Shown here in pieces: positions 41,712-51,498 of a stretch of 64,000 nt of DNA (position 1 is its first letter; the number at the start of each line of letters is the position of its first letter). The position numbers were made by a program, and so were the translations under genes. The notes beneath the pieces were generated by a model. The model saw only the letters and a program-made list of their open reading frames with translations, was not told the origin of the DNA and ran no database searches. The DNA comes from Gammaproteobacteria bacterium (GTDB lineage: Bacteria; Pseudomonadota; Gammaproteobacteria; Eutrophobiales; Eutrophobiaceae): positions 352,001 to 416,000 of the forward strand of contig CBDEUK010000001.1 of assembly GCA_965243205.1 (NCBI GenBank), in the 5' to 3' direction.

Positions 41712-43133
41712 ATGAAAAATTACGACGTTATTGTTATCGGTGCCGGCCCAGGCGGTTATGTTGCAGCTATTCGAGCAGCACAACTTGGTTTTAAAACCGC
41801 ATGTATTGAACGCTGGTTAAACCCAAATAATATGCCCTCATTAGGCGGTACTTGTTTAAATGTTGGATGCATACCTTCAAAGGCACTTTTAGATTCATCT
41901 CACCTTTTTAAAAGCATGCAAAAAGATGCTCAACAACATGGCATCACGGCTAACAATGTTTCAATTAATGTTGAAAAAATGATGCAACGAAAAGATCGCG
42001 TTGTGCATATGCTCACTCAAGGCATCGCAGGCCTGTTTCAAAAGAATAATATCGATTGGCTACAAGGTAGCGGTAAACTAATTAGTCATAACCAAATTGA
42101 AATTACGCCTGTAACGGCTGATGGTGAAAAAGAAACTGTTACTGCAAGCAATATCATTATTGCCACAGGTTCTAGACCAACTGTGATCCCAGTTGCCAAT
42201 GTTGACCAAGATCGAATTGTAGATTCAACAGGTGCTCTTTCGTTCGATAAAGTACCAGAAAGACTCGGAGTGATTGGTGCTGGAGTAATTGGTTTAGAGC
42301 TTGGTAGTGTTTGGAAACGCTTAGGCTCTGAAGTGACAGTTCTTGAAGCGACCGAAAGCTTCTTGCCAACTGCGGATAAAGACATAGCTGCCGAAACTCA
42401 AAAGATTCTTCGTAAACAAGGCCTTAAGATCTTACTTGGTGCTAAAGTTACGAATACCGTCAGCAACGATGAAGTAGTGACCATTGAATTTGAACAAAAT
42501 GGCGAATCACAAACCATCGAATTTGACAAAGTCATCGTAGCAGTAGGCCGTTCTCCTAATACCGATGGCTTAGGAGCAAATGAAGCTGGTTTAAAGCTCG
42601 ATGATCGTGGTCGAATTGAAATCGATGAAAATTTTAAAACTTCTTTACCTAACGTTTATGCCATTGGCGATGTTGTAGCAGGACCTATGTTAGCCCACAA
42701 AGCGTCTGAAGAAGGTATCGCAGTTGCTGAAATTATCTCAGGCAAAGTCAGACATCTAAATCACAATACAATACCGTGGGTTATTTATACCTGGCCAGAA
42801 GTGGCCTGGGTCGGCAAAACCGAGCAAGAATTAATAGCCGATAATATTGAATACAAGTCGGGTGACTTTCCTTTCTCGGCCAGCGGTCGTGCTAGGGCTA
42901 TGGCTGAAACTCAAGGCCTAGTAAAAGTACTAGCCGATACAAAGACTGATCGAATCCTAGGTATTCATATCGTAGGTCCAAACGCATCTGAACTTATCAC
43001 TGAAGCGGTTACGGTTATGGAATTTGATGGTTCTGCCGAAGATATTGCACTTACGATTCATGCTCATCCAACCCTAGCTGAAGCCATCCACGAAGCAGCG
43101 TTAGCAGCCGATGATCGAAGAATCCATCTATAG
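41712..43133 (+). CDS. lpdA: dihydrolipoamide dehydrogenase
   Basis: GAGPGGY, GGTCLNVGCIPSK, GAGVIGLE, HAHPTLAE. Confidence 0.96.
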   Translation: MKNYDVIVIGAGPGGYVAAIRAAQLGFKTACIERWLNPNNMPSLGGTCLNVGCIPSKALLDSSHLFKSMQKDAQQHGITANNVSINVEKMMQRKDRVVHMLTQGIAGLFQKNNIDWLQGSGKLISHNQIEITPVTADGEKETVTASNIIIATGSRPTVIPVANVDQDRIVDSTGALSFDKVPERLGVIGAGVIGLELGSVWKRLGSEVTVLEATESFLPTADKDIAAETQKILRKQGLKILLGAKVTNTVSNDEVVTIEFEQNGESQTIEFDKVIVAVGRSPNTDGLGANEAGLKLDDRGRIEIDENFKTSLPNVYAIGDVVAGPMLAHKASEEGIAVAEIISGKVRHLNHNTIPWVIYTWPEVAWVGKTEQELIADNIEYKSGDFPFSASGRARAMAETQGLVKVLADTKTDRILGIHIVGPNASELITEAVTVMEFDGSAEDIALTIHAHPTLAEAIHEAALAADDRRIHL

Positions 43134-43170
43134 AACTCTTAAAAATATGTTGAGAAATGCCACAGAACGC

Positions 43171-43208
43171 TAGAATCAGCAAAAACTTTCTGCTAAGATT
43201 CTATTTTT
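43171..43208 (+). terminator. probable terminator after lpdA
   Basis: TAGAATC-AGCA...TGCT-AA-GATTCTA imperfect stem followed by T5. Confidence 0.5.
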
Positions 43209-43220
43209 GTGCAGTGCAAC
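43207..43220. promoter_or_regulatory. PhaR-type box upstream of phaA
   Basis: TTGTGCAGTGCAAC, same TGCA-N-TGCA core as the boxes upstream of the phasin. Confidence 0.65.
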
Positions 43221-43308
43221 GTAAATAAAATCCTTCCTTTTCTTATCTGTTCTTAGATTAGCGATGGTTATTTGACAATCAAAACATAAATTTGGGAGAT
43301 GAATATCC

Positions 43309-44490
43309 ATGTCAGAAAACGTCGTAATTGTTGCAGCAGGCAGAACCCCTATTGGGAATTTTGGTGGTGCTTTATCATCTGTTCCAGCACCTCAACTTGG
43401 GGCTAAAGTCATTGCTGCATTATTAGATAAAACAAATATAAAACCAGAACAAATTGATGAAGTAATCCTTGGCCAAGTATTAACTGCTGGTAGTGGGCAA
43501 AACCCAGCAAGACAAACAGCTATTGCCGCCGGCTTACCTGAAAGTGTTCCATCTATGACGATTAATAAAGTTTGTGGTAGCGGTTTAAAAACTATCCATC
43601 TAGCTGCTCAAGCCATTAAATGTGGTGATGCCGAAATTATTATCGCAGGCGGGCAGGAAAATATGAGTCTATCACCTCATGTACTGCCTAAGTCACGTAA
43701 CGGTACTAAGATGGGTGATTGGAAACTGCAAGATTCTATGATTGTTGATGGCCTTTGGGATGCCTTCAACAATTATCACATGGGCATTACTGCTGAAAAT
43801 GTTGCAAAAGAATATGATATTTCACGACAAGAACAAGACGAATTTGCAGCCGCTACCCAGCAAAAATGCGAAGCCGCAAGAAATGCTGGAAAGTTTGTTG
43901 ATGAAATCATCCCTGTCGAAATTCCTCAACGCAAAGGCGACCCTATTATTGTTGATAAAGATGAATTTCCTCGAGATGGCGTAACTGCGGAAGGCCTTGG
44001 CAAAATGCGTCCAGCTTTTGATAAAGAAGGAACAGTAACCGCCGCTAATGCCTCTGGAATTAATGATGGTGCTGCTGCAGTTATTGTCATGTCAGAATCC
44101 AAAGCTAAAGAACTTGGCTTAACTCCATTAGCCACAGTCAAAGCGTACGCAAGTGCTGGCGTTGATCCAAAAATAATGGGTACTGGGCCTATTCCAGCTT
44201 CGACTAAATGTTTGGAAAAAGCTGGCTGGGACAAAGACGAATTAGATCTAATAGAAGCCAATGAAGCATTTGCTTGCCAAGCCATTTCAGTGAATAAAGG
44301 CATGGATTGGGATACAAGCAAAGTAAATGTTAATGGTGGAGCTATTGCTATTGGGCATCCTATTGGTGCTTCTGGATGCAGGGTATTGGTCACTCTTTTA
44401 CATGAAATGAATCGAAGCGATGCTAAAAAAGGTTTAGCAACCCTATGTATTGGTGGTGGTCAGGGTGTGGCATTAGCTGTAGAAAAATAA
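43309..44490 (+). CDS. phaA: acetyl-CoA acetyltransferase (beta-ketothiolase) PhaA
   Basis: [29 protein letters not shown]; first gene of a PHA operon. Confidence 0.95.
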   Translation: MSENVVIVAAGRTPIGNFGGALSSVPAPQLGAKVIAALLDKTNIKPEQIDEVILGQVLTAGSGQNPARQTAIAAGLPESVPSMTINKVCGSGLKTIHLAAQAIKCGDAEIIIAGGQENMSLSPHVLPKSRNGTKMGDWKLQDSMIVDGLWDAFNNYHMGITAENVAKEYDISRQEQDEFAAATQQKCEAARNAGKFVDEIIPVEIPQRKGDPIIVDKDEFPRDGVTAEGLGKMRPAFDKEGTVTAANASGINDGAAAVIVMSESKAKELGLTPLATVKAYASAGVDPKIMGTGPIPASTKCLEKAGWDKDELDLIEANEAFACQAISVNKGMDWDTSKVNVNGGAIAIGHPIGASGCRVLVTLLHEMNRSDAKKGLATLCIGGGQGVALAVEK

Positions 44491-44508
44491 GAACTCGAGG
44501 AAAACATA

Positions 44509-45258
44509 ATGAAAACTGATTTAACGGATAAGGTAGCACTTGTCACTGGTGGGACTGGTGGCATTGGAGCGGCTATTTGCGAGCAATTAGCTAGCTCTGG
44601 CGCGAAAGTGGCTACTAACTATCGAAATAAAGATAAAGCTATTGCTTATCAAAAAGAAATGAAAAAGAAAGGTCTAGACATTGCTATTTATCAAGTTGAT
44701 GTTACTGATTTTGACGGCTGTAAAGAGCTTATTGAAAACATCGAAGCGGATTTAGGGCCTCTCGATATTATTGTAAATAATGCAGGCGTAACTCAAGATA
44801 CTACATTGAAGAAAATGTCGAAGGAGCAATGGGATACCGTATTGGATATCAATCTTGATAGCTTATTTAATATTTGCCGAAATGCAGTTGAAGGCATGAC
44901 TAATCGCGGCTTTGGTAGAATCATAAATATCTCTTCTATCAACGGCCAAAAAGGTCAGTTAGGACAAACCAATTACGCAGCTTCCAAAGCAGGTATGCAT
45001 GGTTTCACCATGGCTTTAGCTCAAGAAGTTGCACGTAAGGGCGTTACCGTCAATACAGTATCACCTGGTTATATCGCGACTGAAATGGTAATGGCGGTTC
45101 CCGAAAAGATTCGTGAGCAAATTATTGGTCAAATCCCAGTAGCACGTTTAGGTCGACCAGACGAAATTGCTGCCATTTGTGATTTCTTATGCTCTGAACA
45201 TGCGGGTTTTATCACCGGCGCAGATATTGCTGCGAACGGTGGCCAACATATGATGTAA
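44509..45258 (+). CDS. phaB: acetoacetyl-CoA reductase PhaB
   Basis: TGGTGGIG, NNAG, SSINGQKGQ.GQTNY..SKAG, NGGQHM. Confidence 0.95.
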   Translation: MKTDLTDKVALVTGGTGGIGAAICEQLASSGAKVATNYRNKDKAIAYQKEMKKKGLDIAIYQVDVTDFDGCKELIENIEADLGPLDIIVNNAGVTQDTTLKKMSKEQWDTVLDINLDSLFNICRNAVEGMTNRGFGRIINISSINGQKGQLGQTNYAASKAGMHGFTMALAQEVARKGVTVNTVSPGYIATEMVMAVPEKIREQIIGQIPVARLGRPDEIAAICDFLCSEHAGFITGADIAANGGQHMM

Positions 45259-45303
45259 TGAGTTCAATATAAATTATTATTTCTTAATCAAAGGTTTAGA
45301 AAC

Positions 45304-45768
45304 ATGAGCAAGGTAAGAATTATAAAAAAATATCCTAACCGTCGTTTGTATGATACGGAAATCAGTAAATACATCACGATGGAAAACCTCAAAAACCTAG
45401 TGCTTGAAGGAATCGATTTCAAAGTTATTGATGTTAAATCGGAAGAAGATCTAACGCGTAGCGTATTGCTACAAATCATCGCGGAACAAGAGCATGGTGG
45501 AGAACCTATCTTCTCCACTGAAAGCTTAACGAAGATAATTCGTTTTTATGGTGATTCAATGCAAGGTATGGCTTCTGATTATCTCAACCAAAGCCTAGGT
45601 TTATTCGCTGAACAACAAGAAGCTCTTCAAAAACAATTTGAATCAGCAGTGGATGGCACTCCGTTAGAATCTATAGCAGACCTAACGAAGAAAAACATTG
45701 AGTTATGGACTCAAATGCAAAAGAGTTTTTTTGATGCAACCGGTTTTAATACAAAGAAAAAAGACTAA
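45304..45768 (+). CDS. phaR: PHA synthesis repressor PhaR
   Basis: RIIKKYPNRRLYDTEISKYIT, EDLTRSVLLQII.EQE, IIRFYG. Confidence 0.95.
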   Translation: MSKVRIIKKYPNRRLYDTEISKYITMENLKNLVLEGIDFKVIDVKSEEDLTRSVLLQIIAEQEHGGEPIFSTESLTKIIRFYGDSMQGMASDYLNQSLGLFAEQQEALQKQFESAVDGTPLESIADLTKKNIELWTQMQKSFFDATGFNTKKKD

Positions 45769-45810
45769 CAACTCTGCAAAAGCCTGCGAGAAGATTACGA
45801 GGATTATATT

Positions 45811-46818
45811 ATGAGTAAAAATGGTAACGATTTTTCACAAATACCATATTTTAATAATGATGATTTAAAAAAGGCTCAAGAAAAAATGTACAACCAATGG
45901 TTTGATACCATGGATACTTTCTTCGGTACCGTCAATCAATTTGCGGATGCAACTCAAACAGCATTTAACATGGCACAAGAGACCCATAACGAGTCAATGA
46001 AATATTTCATGCCAAATGCCAATAACTTTTACTTCAAACCAACAACTGATAGTGCGACAAGCCTACAGACACAACACACAGGGCATATCGCTATTGTAAC
46101 TGGTGGTGTTGGTGGTATCGGTACCGCGATCTGCGAGCGTTTGTACGATGATGGTAACCAAGTTATTGCTACTTATATCAAACCAGAAGAAGAACGCGCT
46201 AAAGAATGGCAACAAGAGTATGCTACTAAAGGCTACTTATTTGAAATTGTTGAATTAGATGTAACTGATTTTGATATGTGTAAAAAAGTTGCTAGAAAGA
46301 TGAATAAAGACTTTGGTCATATCGATATCTTAGTTAACTGTGCAGGCATTACTCAAGACGCGACCTTGCGTAAGATGGAAACTACACAATGGCATAAGGT
46401 AATTGAAACCAATTTAGACAGTGTATTTAACGTAACAAAAAGTTTTCTCGATGGTATGTTAAAACGTAAATATGGTCGTATCGTTAATATTTCTTCAGTT
46501 AACGGTCAAAAAGGCCAGTTTGGTCAAACCAATTACTCAGCCGCAAAAGCCGGCATGATTGGTTTCAGCCGTTCTTTAGCAATTGAATTAGCTGAAACTG
46601 GTATTACCGTAAACACAGTTTGCCCAGGCTACGTTGGTACTAGTATGGTTGAAGCCATTCCTAAAGAAATCTTAGATGGAATTATCTCTAAAATACCAGT
46701 CGGTCGTTTGGCTAAACCAAGTGAAGTAGCTGATACCGTTTCGTTTCTATCATCAAAAACCAGTGCTTATATCACTGGCTCTGAAATTTCAGTAAATGGT
46801 GGCTTATATACTGGTTAA
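45811..46818 (+). CDS. phaB: second acetoacetyl-CoA reductase with ~90-aa N-terminal extension
   Basis: SDR core TGGVGGIG, SSVNGQKGQFGQTNYSAAKAG begins around residue 92; GAGGA SD before the first ATG. Confidence 0.88.
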   Translation: MSKNGNDFSQIPYFNNDDLKKAQEKMYNQWFDTMDTFFGTVNQFADATQTAFNMAQETHNESMKYFMPNANNFYFKPTTDSATSLQTQHTGHIAIVTGGVGGIGTAICERLYDDGNQVIATYIKPEEERAKEWQQEYATKGYLFEIVELDVTDFDMCKKVARKMNKDFGHIDILVNCAGITQDATLRKMETTQWHKVIETNLDSVFNVTKSFLDGMLKRKYGRIVNISSVNGQKGQFGQTNYSAAKAGMIGFSRSLAIELAETGITVNTVCPGYVGTSMVEAIPKEILDGIISKIPVGRLAKPSEVADTVSFLSSKTSAYITGSEISVNGGLYTG

Positions 46819-46844
46819 TAAACGCATTTATTTTTCATTTATTC

Positions 46845-46878
46845 AAAACCCATAATCATTCATGATTATGGGTTTTTT
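46845..46878 (+). terminator. intrinsic terminator after the pha operon
   Basis: AAAACCCATAATCAT-TC-ATGATTATGGGTTTTTT. Confidence 0.88.
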
Positions 46879-46905
46879 ATTTGTAATAACATTAAACTTG
46901 ATAAC

Positions 46906-47343
46906 ATGAATTCACTGACACCGTTTCATTTAGCCATACCAGTACGTGATATTGATGAAGCTCGTGAATTCTACGGCAACAAACTCGGTTTTCCTGAGGG
47001 ACGATCAGCCGGAAAATGGATCGATTTTAATTGTTTTGGCCATCAACTTGTTACTCACCTAGACGATACCATTGGAAAAACTGGAAAAGTAAATAGAATT
47101 CATAACCCTGTAGATAACGAACAAGTACCTATTCCACATTTTGGTGTAGTAATGGAAATAGCACAATGGAAAGATTTTTGCACAAAATTAGAAAGCATTG
47201 ATTGTGAATTTATTATAAAACCAAGTATTCGCTTTCAAGGCCAGGTAGGAGAACAAGCCATTGTGTTCTTTTATGATCCTAGTGGTAATGCTTTAGAATT
47301 TAAAGCATTCAAAAATATCGATGAACAATTATTTACTAAATAG
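46906..47343 (+). CDS. VOC/glyoxalase family protein
   Basis: PFHLAIPV, WIDFN.FGHQLV.H, VP.PHFG, DPSGNALEFKAF. Confidence 0.88.
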   Translation: MNSLTPFHLAIPVRDIDEAREFYGNKLGFPEGRSAGKWIDFNCFGHQLVTHLDDTIGKTGKVNRIHNPVDNEQVPIPHFGVVMEIAQWKDFCTKLESIDCEFIIKPSIRFQGQVGEQAIVFFYDPSGNALEFKAFKNIDEQLFTK

Positions 47344-47361
47344 ATTAAGTTTAGACAATAA

Positions 47362-47952
47362 ATGAAAAATTTTTTCATAATCGCTTTAATCCTTCTAGCA
47401 TTTTGGCAAATAGAACAATCTAGAGTTACTTCTCTTGGACCAGGGGTTAAAGCACCAGAAGTCCCCAAACAAGATTCCATTAAGAACGCAAAGCCATTTA
47501 ACTTTGAAGGCTATCAAATTACACCGTTAGCCGATTTTTCCTTAGAGGCAAAAGTATTATCGAAAGAAAATTATTCTTTAGGTAGAGAAGCCGATTTATC
47601 ACCTGTTGATTTAGCACTCGGTTGGAAGAACATGTCAGATGAAGCTGTGATAGAAAAAATTTCTATACGACAATCAGGTCGCTGGTACCGTTGGAACTCT
47701 AAAGATTTTCCAATTCCTAGAAGAGAGATAGAAACATCAAGTGCTAATATGCATATGGTTCCTTCAACAGATGCAATTCATTCAACCTTAAAAAAAGTTC
47801 GTAAAGGTGATTTGATAACGCTGCAAGGAAAACTTATAAGAGTTAATTCTAGTGACGGTTTTAGATGGCAAAGTTCGTTAACTCGTAACGATACTGGCGA
47901 TGGTGCATGTGAATTGATTTGGGTAGAACAACTATCGATACAAAATCAATAA
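47362..47952 (+). CDS. hypothetical exported protein
   Basis: N-terminal hydrophobic leader; LSPVDLALGW, SANMHM, SSLTRND.GDGACE look like conserved motifs. Confidence 0.7.
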   Translation: MKNFFIIALILLAFWQIEQSRVTSLGPGVKAPEVPKQDSIKNAKPFNFEGYQITPLADFSLEAKVLSKENYSLGREADLSPVDLALGWKNMSDEAVIEKISIRQSGRWYRWNSKDFPIPRREIETSSANMHMVPSTDAIHSTLKKVRKGDLITLQGKLIRVNSSDGFRWQSSLTRNDTGDGACELIWVEQLSIQNQ

Positions 47953-47965
47953 ATTCAATTTTTCT

Positions 47966-49027
47966 CTAACGTTTAGATAACCAATCACCTACTGTGGGCG
48001 GAATCATCTTTTGTGCTTTACCACTAACATAGATACCAATATGACCACCTGGAAATTCTAATGCTGTGTAGTCCTTAGTACCTACACAACCCTCCAATGC
48101 TTTAGATGAATCTGGCGGCACAAGATGATCATCCGCTGCATAAATATTTAAGATAGGCATTTTTAAATTGGCTAAATCAACTGTATCTTCACCAATTTTA
48201 ACAGTACCTTTGACTAAACCATTTTGCTGATAGAACTGTTTTATGAACTGTTTATAGGCTTCTCCAGCTTGATCAGGACTATCAAAAATCCATTTTTCCA
48301 TACGCATAAAATTCATGGCTTTATCAGAGTCATTAAGAATATTCACAACGTCAACATACTTTTGACCGATTAAGCGAAACGGCTTTAGCGATAAAAAAGT
48401 TGAATTTAATAATTCACCAGGCACATTACCCATTGAATCAACAATTAAGTCGATATCAACATGGCGTACCATATTACTCAAGAGATCATCTTTGGTATGA
48501 AAATCAACAGGTGTCACTGTTGTAATAAGGTTTTTTACTTTATCTGTATGTAAGGATGAATAACATAAGCTAAAGGCACCACCTTGACAGATACCTAATA
48601 AATTTATTTTTTTAAGGTTATGTTCTTGTCGAATAAAATCGACACAATTATTAATATAACCATTGATATAATCATTAAGGTCCAAATATCGATCAGAACT
48701 ATCTGGGTAACCCCAATCAATTAAATAAACATCTAAACCTGCATCTAAAAGTCCTTGAATCATTGAACGTCCATCTTGTAAATCAGCCATATAGGGACGA
48801 TTCACCAGCGCATAAACCACAAGCAATGGAACCTTATGCTGCGATTTAGTACGTGATTTATAATGATATAAAACAATTTTATCTTCTGAATAGACCGCCT
48901 CTTTCTCAGAAACACCGACATCAATTTCATTTAAATCAGATAAGGTATCAATACTTTGAGCTAATTTAGTATTAAATTCTAAAACCTCTTCTTGAATATC
49001 TTCTGGTGTAAACTTAAATGGATTCAT
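47966..49027 (-). CDS. phaC: class III PHA synthase catalytic subunit PhaC
   Basis: 353 aa, YALVNRPYM.DLQ, GICQGG lipase-like box, RMEKWIFDSPDQAGE, DHLVPP, GGHIGIYVS. Confidence 0.96.
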   Translation of the reverse strand: MNPFKFTPEDIQEEVLEFNTKLAQSIDTLSDLNEIDVGVSEKEAVYSEDKIVLYHYKSRTKSQHKVPLLVVYALVNRPYMADLQDGRSMIQGLLDAGLDVYLIDWGYPDSSDRYLDLNDYINGYINNCVDFIRQEHNLKKINLLGICQGGAFSLCYSSLHTDKVKNLITTVTPVDFHTKDDLLSNMVRHVDIDLIVDSMGNVPGELLNSTFLSLKPFRLIGQKYVDVVNILNDSDKAMNFMRMEKWIFDSPDQAGEAYKQFIKQFYQQNGLVKGTVKIGEDTVDLANLKMPILNIYAADDHLVPPDSSKALEGCVGTKDYTALEFPGGHIGIYVSGKAQKMIPPTVGDWLSKR

Positions 49028-49039
49028 GGTAACAGTTCT

Positions 49040-50233
49040 TTAAAATTTTATTTCAATCACATTGTTATTAGTATTCGGACTAGTTTGGCGAGTAGATTTT
49101 CTTACTTTTTTTTTACTTACCGTCTTTTTTCGAGCCGTTGTTTTTTTCTCAGCTAAATTTGGGCTTTTGACTTTAGTTTTTGCTTTCTTCTTTTTTTTCC
49201 TAGCTGTAACAGAAGATGTATTAGTCACCTTTTTGTTTAAAACCAGATCACGAAGTTCTTGAATTTCTTTTTCAAGTTTATTGACTTTCTGTTGTTCTTG
49301 TATATTTTTTTGTTCTGCTCTTTTCAGTTTTTGTTTTAGTTGATGTTGTTCTTTTGCTAATTCATCAAACTCATTTTTAGATGTCATGTTGTAGGTGCTA
49401 TAAACTTCATTCATAAGTTCAGCACTGTCTTTTTTAAAGGCCATTAAGGCATTGACAACATTTCCATATAACAGTGAATACTCTTCACCAAGAACATATT
49501 CGCCGTAAGCTTCTTCGTTACAATCAACCCATAAATCATAGGCAGCTCTTAATGATTCAATTTTTTCTTTGTTCTGAGCTAAAACAATCAGTTTATCTTT
49601 TAATAAATCTAAACCACTCGAGGCAACTTGTGCCATTGCATCGTTATATTGTTTATTAGTTTCCTGAAATCGTTTAAATGATAAAACAGTGTGTTGAATT
49701 TTTTCCTGTAATTCTCTATTTAGGCCAAGACCAGGCATCGAAAGATATTTTTCAATATAGTCTTGAATCTCAGAATCACTAACACTTTCATCCAATATTT
49801 TTTCAAAACCAGGAATAAAGTTAACTGACGACTTCAATGCTTCTTGATTAATCTTCCATTCAGAAAGCAAACCATCTTGAAAATAATTTGACTGCTCGTT
49901 ATATGCTTGCTTCATCACTTCAATTTGTTGTTCAAGCATATTCATCCAATTTTTTTTGGTTTTCTTTTGAGAAGAAAGTAACTCTAATAAAGTTGATAAC
50001 TGTTCTCCAAGGAAATAAAAAGACTTGCCTTGATTCATGACTTTATTAAAGACTTCGAATTGATCCATAGGCATAGAAACATCATTGGATTTCCACCAAT
50101 AATTCATCGCCTGTTCCCATGGGTTTTGCGGTTTACTTTGACCAGAAATGAAGCTGTTTACTGATTCAATGTATTGTTTTTGTAGATCTGACCAATTCAT
50201 TGAATTCCAATCTTGATTAAAAAATTTATTCAT
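49040..50233 (-). CDS. phaE: class III PHA synthase subunit PhaE with Lys-rich C-terminal tail
   Basis: P.LGLNRE.QE, SLRAAYDLWVDCNEEAY, YG..VNALM; directly upstream of phaC. Confidence 0.88.
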   Translation of the reverse strand: MNKFFNQDWNSMNWSDLQKQYIESVNSFISGQSKPQNPWEQAMNYWWKSNDVSMPMDQFEVFNKVMNQGKSFYFLGEQLSTLLELLSSQKKTKKNWMNMLEQQIEVMKQAYNEQSNYFQDGLLSEWKINQEALKSSVNFIPGFEKILDESVSDSEIQDYIEKYLSMPGLGLNRELQEKIQHTVLSFKRFQETNKQYNDAMAQVASSGLDLLKDKLIVLAQNKEKIESLRAAYDLWVDCNEEAYGEYVLGEEYSLLYGNVVNALMAFKKDSAELMNEVYSTYNMTSKNEFDELAKEQHQLKQKLKRAEQKNIQEQQKVNKLEKEIQELRDLVLNKKVTNTSSVTARKKKKKAKTKVKSPNLAEKKTTARKKTVSKKKVRKSTRQTSPNTNNNVIEIKF

Positions 50234-50350
50234 GTTGCCAATGCTTTATATTTTTTTAATTGTATTTAAATCCCTTGTATAACAATAGTCTGAATATTCA
50301 AAGATACCAAACTATTCAGATTAATCGAAAATAACTAATCTTACTTACTG

Positions 50351-50773
50351 TTAACTGGCTTTAGATTTTGCTTTGGTCTTAGCTTTTGAAACTTTACGTT
50401 TAGTCACTGGTTTCTTTGGTTCTTCTGGAATCACAGAATCAAATTCAGTCATTTTAGGTAATTCATTACTGAACCAATTTGTTACTTCATCTTGTGAAGA
50501 ACTAATGACTGCACTTGCTTGTTCTGCAATCTTAATCACTTTATCTTGTACTTCGCTAGCAAACTGAGCTTCGGCACTAATAAATTCATTATAGTCTTTA
50601 ATATTACTGACTAATTTGAATTGCGCTAAACCGCTCTCAAAACTGATATTGGCAAGGTTCATCTGAATAGTGGCCAATTCATTTAATGTGGTTGTATTAA
50701 TATCAGTCAGCTTTTGGATTGCTTCGTAGGAAGCCTTACTGGCGTTGGTGATTTCTTCAAAGGTTGTATTCAT
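50351..50773 (-). CDS. phasin family protein with Lys-rich tail
   Basis: Helical Ala/Glu/Gln-rich 140-aa protein in the pha locus, preceded by PhaR-type boxes. Confidence 0.75.
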   Translation of the reverse strand: MNTTFEEITNASKASYEAIQKLTDINTTTLNELATIQMNLANISFESGLAQFKLVSNIKDYNEFISAEAQFASEVQDKVIKIAEQASAVISSSQDEVTNWFSNELPKMTEFDSVIPEEPKKPVTKRKVSKAKTKAKSKAS

Positions 50774-50836
50774 GATGGGTATCTCCCAGATTTATAGCCG
50801 ACAACCAACATCCGGCTATGAAAGTTATATAATCAA

Positions 50837-50872
50837 TATTGTGCACTGCAATACTTATTGCAATGCACAATA
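50837..50872. promoter_or_regulatory. double PhaR-type operator upstream of the phasin
   Basis: TATTGTGCACTGCAATA-CT-TATTGCAATGCACAATA: 17-bp inverted arms with one mismatch. Confidence 0.75.
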
Positions 50873-50920
50873 GTCTAGTTCAACGTCAATGTCAACTATT
50901 CATGAATACAGGAAGGTAAA

Positions 50921-51469
50921 TTAGAAATGAGGTTTTTCTGGTAAATCTTGATATCGTTTCATTGAATCAACGATTTCTTGTTTCGCAGCATCCGCCTCAC
51001 GCCAACCATCGACTTTTACCCATTTTTCAGGTTCTAAATCTTTATAATGTTCAAAGAAATGAGTAATTTTATCTAATAAGGCTGGCTGTAAATCACGAAA
51101 ACTGTTCACATTGCGGTTAAATTTAGACACCTTATCGATAGGCACAGCTAGAACCTTTCCATCATCGCCTGCTTCATCAGTCATATCTAAAATACCAATG
51201 GGTCTACAGCGCATAACGGCACCAGGAATGATAGGCATAGGGGTTGCGATTAGTACATCCACAGGATCGCCATCCAATGCTAATGTGTGAGGGACATAAC
51301 CATAGTTACATGGATATACCATAGAGGTATTCAGATACCGATCAACGAACATCGCTCCAGTGTCTTTATCTAATTCGTATTTTACTGGATCGCCATTGAT
51401 GGCTATTTCAATGATCACATTGATCTCTTCTGGCGGATTTTTGCCAGGTCCTACTCGGTCTAAATTCAT
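50921..51469 (-). CDS. ppa: inorganic pyrophosphatase (family I)
   Basis: VKYELDK, YPCNYGYVP.TL..DGDPVDV, HFFEHYKDLE. Confidence 0.96.
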   Translation of the reverse strand: MNLDRVGPGKNPPEEINVIIEIAINGDPVKYELDKDTGAMFVDRYLNTSMVYPCNYGYVPHTLALDGDPVDVLIATPMPIIPGAVMRCRPIGILDMTDEAGDDGKVLAVPIDKVSKFNRNVNSFRDLQPALLDKITHFFEHYKDLEPEKWVKVDGWREADAAKQEIVDSMKRYQDLPEKPHF

Positions 51470-51498
51470 TAGAGCTCCTAATTAGTTAGTATTTACTA

